From NCBI GenBank assembly GCA_014381485.1, contig JACNLN010000087.1, positions 1 through 42,964 on the forward strand: a DNA stretch of 42,964 nt. Reading direction: 5' to 3'. The notes under the pieces are model-generated. The model had not been told where the DNA came from and made no database searches. It worked only from the letters and a program-made list of their open reading frames with translations. Shown piece after piece: positions 39,179-42,964 of this stretch. The DNA is from Fidelibacterota bacterium. GTDB lineage: Bacteria > Fidelibacterota > Marinisomatia > Marinisomatales > CAZVFT01. Position 1 is the first letter of the stretch; the number at the start of each line of letters is the position of its first letter. Made by a program: the position numbers and the translations under genes.

Positions 39179-40368
39179 GACGTTTTATTACATCTGTTTT
39201 TGTTTTTGGATTGATTATTATTAACAGTGCTTTTGGAGAGATTCCCTCTCCCGAACCTCCAGCTAATCTGATAGCCGAAGATCATCCCTGGGACCACGGA
39301 GATAAAATTGATTTATCCTGGGACTTATCTATTGATGATTCGAAACTTGTGGAATCTTATCGAATTTATTCTTCCACTTCATCTGAAGTTCCTTTTACTG
39401 TCGTTACCAATATCTCTTCCGGTGAAAATTCATTTATTGTTGAGAAGCTGAAACGAAACCAGGAGTACTTTTTCCAGGTGACTGCAGTGGGGTTAGATGG
39501 TCAGGAATCAACCCCTGCCAGAACGGAAATTGCAGTTGTACCCACAAGGCAGTGGTTCGATGGTAACCGATTTTCTCTGGCGATCATCACACTGATTTTT
39601 TGTGGGTCTGTTTTCTACTGGATTAATCACGCTCGAAAGGGACGACCGCTGAAAATTCGAAAGATAGCAGGATTAGAAGCGGTGGATGAAGCGGTGGGTC
39701 GTGCCACAGAGATGGGGCGTTCATGTCTCTTTATCGCTGGTATTCAAGATATGAATGAGATACAAACTATTGCAGGTATTACTGTTTTATCGAGAGTGGC
39801 TAAGACCGCTGCTGAGTTCGATGCCAGGGTGGAAGTTCCTACCAGCCGTTCACTTGTGATGACAGCAGCAAGAGAAACAGTTCAGGCATCCTATCTTGCA
39901 GCAGGCAGACCAGACGCTTATAACGAGGATAATATTTATTATGTTACTGATGAGCAATTTGGATATGTGGCTTATGTTCAGGGAATGATGGTCAGGGAAA
40001 AACCAGCAGCTTGCTTTTATATGGGTGCTTTTTTTGCAGAATCTCTGATTTTAGCTGAAACGGGGAATTCCATTGGTGCCATTCAGGTGGCTGGAACGGC
40101 TATGCCTGCCCAGCTCCCATTCTTTGTGGCTGCCTGCGATTACACATTGATTGGTGAGGAATTCTTTGCTGCATCGGCTTACCTTTCAGGAGAACCTGAT
40201 CAGCTTGGCAGCCTTAAGGGGCAGGATGTCGGAAAAGTTATCGTCATGGCTGGCATCATTATTGGAGTTACGATGTTAACGGTAGGTATGATTGCAGGCA
40301 TTGATACACCGTTTGGCAGCTGGTTAAATGATGCTGTAAGATTTTTACGAAGTGTTATACTAACCTAG
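39175..40368 (+). CDS. Membrane protein: signal peptide, FN3-like ectodomain, TM helix, ~190-aa cytoplasmic domain, C-terminal TM helix
   Basis: 397 aa. GTG start overlaps the upstream stop (GTGA). Signal-like FVFGLIIINSAFG. FN3-like PP.NL.A......I.LSW......V..Y.IY...........V......N.F....L....EYFF.V.AV...G.ES. TM helices FSLAIITLIFCGSVFYWI and VIVMAGIIIGVTMLTVGMIAGI. Confidence 0.75.
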   Translation: MRRFITSVFVFGLIIINSAFGEIPSPEPPANLIAEDHPWDHGDKIDLSWDLSIDDSKLVESYRIYSSTSSEVPFTVVTNISSGENSFIVEKLKRNQEYFFQVTAVGLDGQESTPARTEIAVVPTRQWFDGNRFSLAIITLIFCGSVFYWINHARKGRPLKIRKIAGLEAVDEAVGRATEMGRSCLFIAGIQDMNEIQTIAGITVLSRVAKTAAEFDARVEVPTSRSLVMTAARETVQASYLAAGRPDAYNEDNIYYVTDEQFGYVAYVQGMMVREKPAACFYMGAFFAESLILAETGNSIGAIQVAGTAMPAQLPFFVAACDYTLIGEEFFAASAYLSGEPDQLGSLKGQDVGKVIVMAGIIIGVTMLTVGMIAGIDTPFGSWLNDAVRFLRSVILT

Positions 40369-40381
40369 GAAAGTTATCTGA

Positions 40382-41080
40382 ATGAAACGGACTGTTCCAC
40401 TTATTATTACAGCACTTGGGGGATTTGTCCTTATTGTTGCCTATTTCATCCCTGCAACACAGAACTGGGGTGAAGTTGCAGCGATCTGGTTTGATATCCT
40501 TGCATCCATTGCTTTCGTACTCGGAGGTGGTAATCTCATTAGAATTCATTTAAAGAAGGTTTCTAACAAAGGTGCAGGGTGGGGATACTCCCTCATCACT
40601 ATTGTTGCTTTTCTTGCAACACTGGTTGTGGGATTGGGGAAGATTGGAGTCCATCCAAGTGCGTTATACCCGAATTTTCCTCTTTCGGGGGAATACAGAG
40701 AGCTGGGGAGTCCTTTCTGGTGGCTCTATGAGTATGCGTTCAAACCACTCACGGCGACAATGTTTGCCATGCTTGCATTCTACATAGCCTCAGCTGCTTT
40801 TCGTGCTTTCAGGGCAAAAAATATTGAAGCAATACTCCTTCTTAGTACAGCATTCATCATCCTGTTAGGCAGGACTTTTGCCGGAGTTTTTCTTACTTCC
40901 TGGATGCCCGATTTCTTGAGTGGTCTGCGAATTGAAAATCTAACCATTTACATTATGAGTGTATTTAATACCGCAGGAAATAGAGCAATCATGATCGGCA
41001 TTGCTTTGGGAATAGCATCTACTTCTCTAAAAGTTTTACTGGGAGTTGACAGGTCCTATCTGGGAACTGGAGAAAAGTAA
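40382..41080 (+). CDS. Polytopic membrane protein (about 6 TM), unknown function
   Basis: 232-aa ORF, 13 nt after the upstream stop, with multiple hydrophobic helices. I recognise no family. Confidence 0.7.
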   Translation: MKRTVPLIITALGGFVLIVAYFIPATQNWGEVAAIWFDILASIAFVLGGGNLIRIHLKKVSNKGAGWGYSLITIVAFLATLVVGLGKIGVHPSALYPNFPLSGEYRELGSPFWWLYEYAFKPLTATMFAMLAFYIASAAFRAFRAKNIEAILLLSTAFIILLGRTFAGVFLTSWMPDFLSGLRIENLTIYIMSVFNTAGNRAIMIGIALGIASTSLKVLLGVDRSYLGTGEK

Positions 41081-41083
41081 TTT

Positions 41084-41956
41084 ATGTTTGAATTCTTTAA
41101 AAATCTTGATCGGCGTTGGATTTTCCTGCTCATGTTCATCTCTGTATCTATCCCGATCTATATTGTTGGTAAGACAGGGAAGACCTTCCCCGAAGTACCC
41201 ACGATTCTTTCGGAGGAAACATTTCGAGCTATTGAAGAACTCAATGAAGGGGATCCAGTTCTGTTATCGTTTGACTTTGATCCAGCGAGTGAAGGTGAAC
41301 TTGGACCTATGGCAACAGCTTTTACCTATCACTGTGCCTCGAAAGGGTTAAAATTATATTTTATGGCTCTATGGCCTGTGGGACCGCAAATGATTGACGA
41401 TGTTATCGAAAAGGTCATCAAACCTGATTTCCCTCATATGGAGTATGGTATTGATTATGTGAATATTGGATTCAAACCGGGAAATGAGGGCGTCATCAAA
41501 GTTATCGTCACCGACCTGCGTCAGCTTTACACGACAGATGACAAAGGGACAAACATTGATAAAATCCCAATGATGGCAGACATCCACAGTGTACAGGATT
41601 TTGAACTTGTTATGAATATCAGCGCTGGCTATGCAGGTACAAAGGAGTGGGTCCAATATGCTGTCACCCCATATCCAGATAAGATTAAACTTGTAGCAGG
41701 TTGTACGGGTGTTCAAGCGCCCCTGCTTTATCCGTATATTCCCGATCAGTTACCCGGACTTCTTGGCGCTATCAAAGGAGCGGCTGAGTATGAAAAACTG
41801 GTTGTGGATAAATATGCGGGTGAAACACCGGATCCAAAGTATCTTGAAGGGAGACGGAGAATGGGACCCCAGCTTGTGGCTCATCTATTGATCATCCTAC
41901 TCATAATTTTGGCTAATGTTATTTACTTTGGCGAGAAAAGACGTGAGGTTCGTTGA
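41084..41956 (+). CDS. Bitopic membrane protein: N- and C-terminal TM anchors flanking a ~230-aa soluble domain, unknown function
   Basis: 290-aa ORF, 3 nt after the upstream stop. TM helices WIFLLMFISVSIPIYIV and LVAHLLIILLIILANVIYF. By eye, the soluble domain weakly resembles the cytoplasmic domain of the 39175-40368 product. Confidence 0.7.
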   Translation: MFEFFKNLDRRWIFLLMFISVSIPIYIVGKTGKTFPEVPTILSEETFRAIEELNEGDPVLLSFDFDPASEGELGPMATAFTYHCASKGLKLYFMALWPVGPQMIDDVIEKVIKPDFPHMEYGIDYVNIGFKPGNEGVIKVIVTDLRQLYTTDDKGTNIDKIPMMADIHSVQDFELVMNISAGYAGTKEWVQYAVTPYPDKIKLVAGCTGVQAPLLYPYIPDQLPGLLGAIKGAAEYEKLVVDKYAGETPDPKYLEGRRRMGPQLVAHLLIILLIILANVIYFGEKRREVR

Positions 41957-42894
41957 TGAAGCGTGAGACGGTCATCTGGGTCATTCTGTTGGTGATTGGT
42001 GGTTTATTCCTGATGGGTCGGCTGTTTTTCAGTGACCAGGGAATGGGGAAGGTATACGTTCAGGCTGTTGAAATAAACCCCGATGACCCGGTTCCAGAAC
42101 ACCGATGGATACGATATGAAAATGCTGACCCTAAAGAATACAAACAAGCCATGGATGAAAATCCCAATCAAACTGAATTTCAGTTGAGTATCTCTCGAAC
42201 AATTGGGATTTGGGTAGCGGCATTTTTCACTCTGTTTGTTCTGTCATTTCTCTACCGGGATAATCCTTTCTACAAGATAGCTGAATCAGTAGTTGTTGGT
42301 GTTTCTGCAGGATACTGGATGGTGGTTGGGTTCTGGACAACTATCATTCCAAATCTGCTTGGCAAACTATTTCCTGTGTGGATCAATAGCTGGGCAATGC
42401 CGGGTCTGGAAGCAAGCAGAGAATTGATGTATATCTTTCCTCTAATTCTTGGGATTATGCTTCTTATGCGCCTATCACCAAAAGGTGCCTGGATTAGCCG
42501 ATGGCCCCTGGCTTTTATCATTGGTACTACCGCTGGCATTCGACTCATCGGATTCTTACATGCAGATTTTTTGACCCAGATTCGAAACACAATCATCACA
42601 ATCTGGGCTACAGACCCGAGTGGTGCATTTGACTTCTGGGGTTCATTAAGGTCCCTGGTTCTCATAATCGGAGTACTGGCAGCCATTGTTTATTTCTTCT
42701 TTTCCATTGAGCATAAGGGGATTGTGGGCAAAACCGCTAAATTAGGTATCTGGTTCCTGATGATTACTTTTGGCGCTGCCTTTGGATATACTGTTATGGG
42801 ACGTATTGCCCTTCTTGCCATCCGTATGGAGTTCCTCATGGACGATTGGCTGTGGCTTATTGATCCAGCGTTAAAACGGACTTTTGGAATGTAA
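41953..42894 (+). CDS. Polytopic membrane protein (about 7-8 TM), unknown function
   Basis: 313-aa ORF. The start (TTG 41953 or ATG 41956) overlaps the upstream stop. Highly hydrophobic throughout. I recognise no family. Confidence 0.7.
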   Translation: MMKRETVIWVILLVIGGLFLMGRLFFSDQGMGKVYVQAVEINPDDPVPEHRWIRYENADPKEYKQAMDENPNQTEFQLSISRTIGIWVAAFFTLFVLSFLYRDNPFYKIAESVVVGVSAGYWMVVGFWTTIIPNLLGKLFPVWINSWAMPGLEASRELMYIFPLILGIMLLMRLSPKGAWISRWPLAFIIGTTAGIRLIGFLHADFLTQIRNTIITIWATDPSGAFDFWGSLRSLVLIIGVLAAIVYFFFSIEHKGIVGKTAKLGIWFLMITFGAAFGYTVMGRIALLAIRMEFLMDDWLWLIDPALKRTFGM

Positions 42895-42964
42895 CACAAA
42901 TACCCTCAGTCTTGATTTCAGGATTGATGATATTCAAGCGGCGGTTTTCACATGAAAATCGTCG

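Noticed and set aside
40572-41351. Alternative-frame ORFs 40572-40787 and 41046-41351 within the membrane-protein genes, and other internal or antisense ORFs throughout the window (e.g. 15166-15387, 27218-27469, 37923-38126, 42270-42686)
   Set aside because: All are fully nested in longer ORFs that have strong family or hydrophobicity support. None has a distinct start context or a recognisable motif.

Overview
This is a bacterial chromosomal window, moderately AT-rich by eye, and I cannot assign a taxon from the sequence alone. About 33 kb is the conserved translation and transcription core. It opens with a tRNA cluster (Gln, Arg, Glu, then Thr-Tyr-Gly-Thr, the same order as the E. coli thrU-tyrU-glyT-thrT-tufB operon) running into tuf. 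The order continues rpmG, tRNA-Trp, secE, nusG, rplKAJL, rpoBC, rpsL, rpsG, fusA and a second tuf. It then runs through the S10, spc and alpha ribosomal operons to rplQ. rpmJ and rpmG are absent from the ORF track and I called them by hand. adk and infA are absent from their usual places. Downstream lie a GHL10-like secreted hydrolase, cdsA and two small overlapping unknown genes. A GC-rich element bounded by a perfect 24-bp inverted repeat follows. The window ends with a tightly coupled five-gene operon at 36110-42894. That operon encodes a 1022-aa protein with a GlmL/MutL-type actin-fold ATPase N-terminus and a large unassigned C-terminal region. It also encodes an FN3-bearing membrane protein and three further membrane proteins. 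No B12 mutase partner is present in the window. This operon is my best candidate for an undescribed system. Other points worth a second look: the two tuf copies are nucleotide-identical over about 1225 bp, and the identity runs into the first three codons of both downstream genes. tuf codon usage is a strong outlier against its neighbours. A roughly 520-bp non-coding stretch inside the tRNA cluster is rich in hairpins. A TCCCGAC/GTCGGGA hairpin recurs, and one copy brackets a tRNA. A tRNA-Gly 3' half remnant is present. rplE carries an N-terminal Lys-rich extension of about 85 aa.
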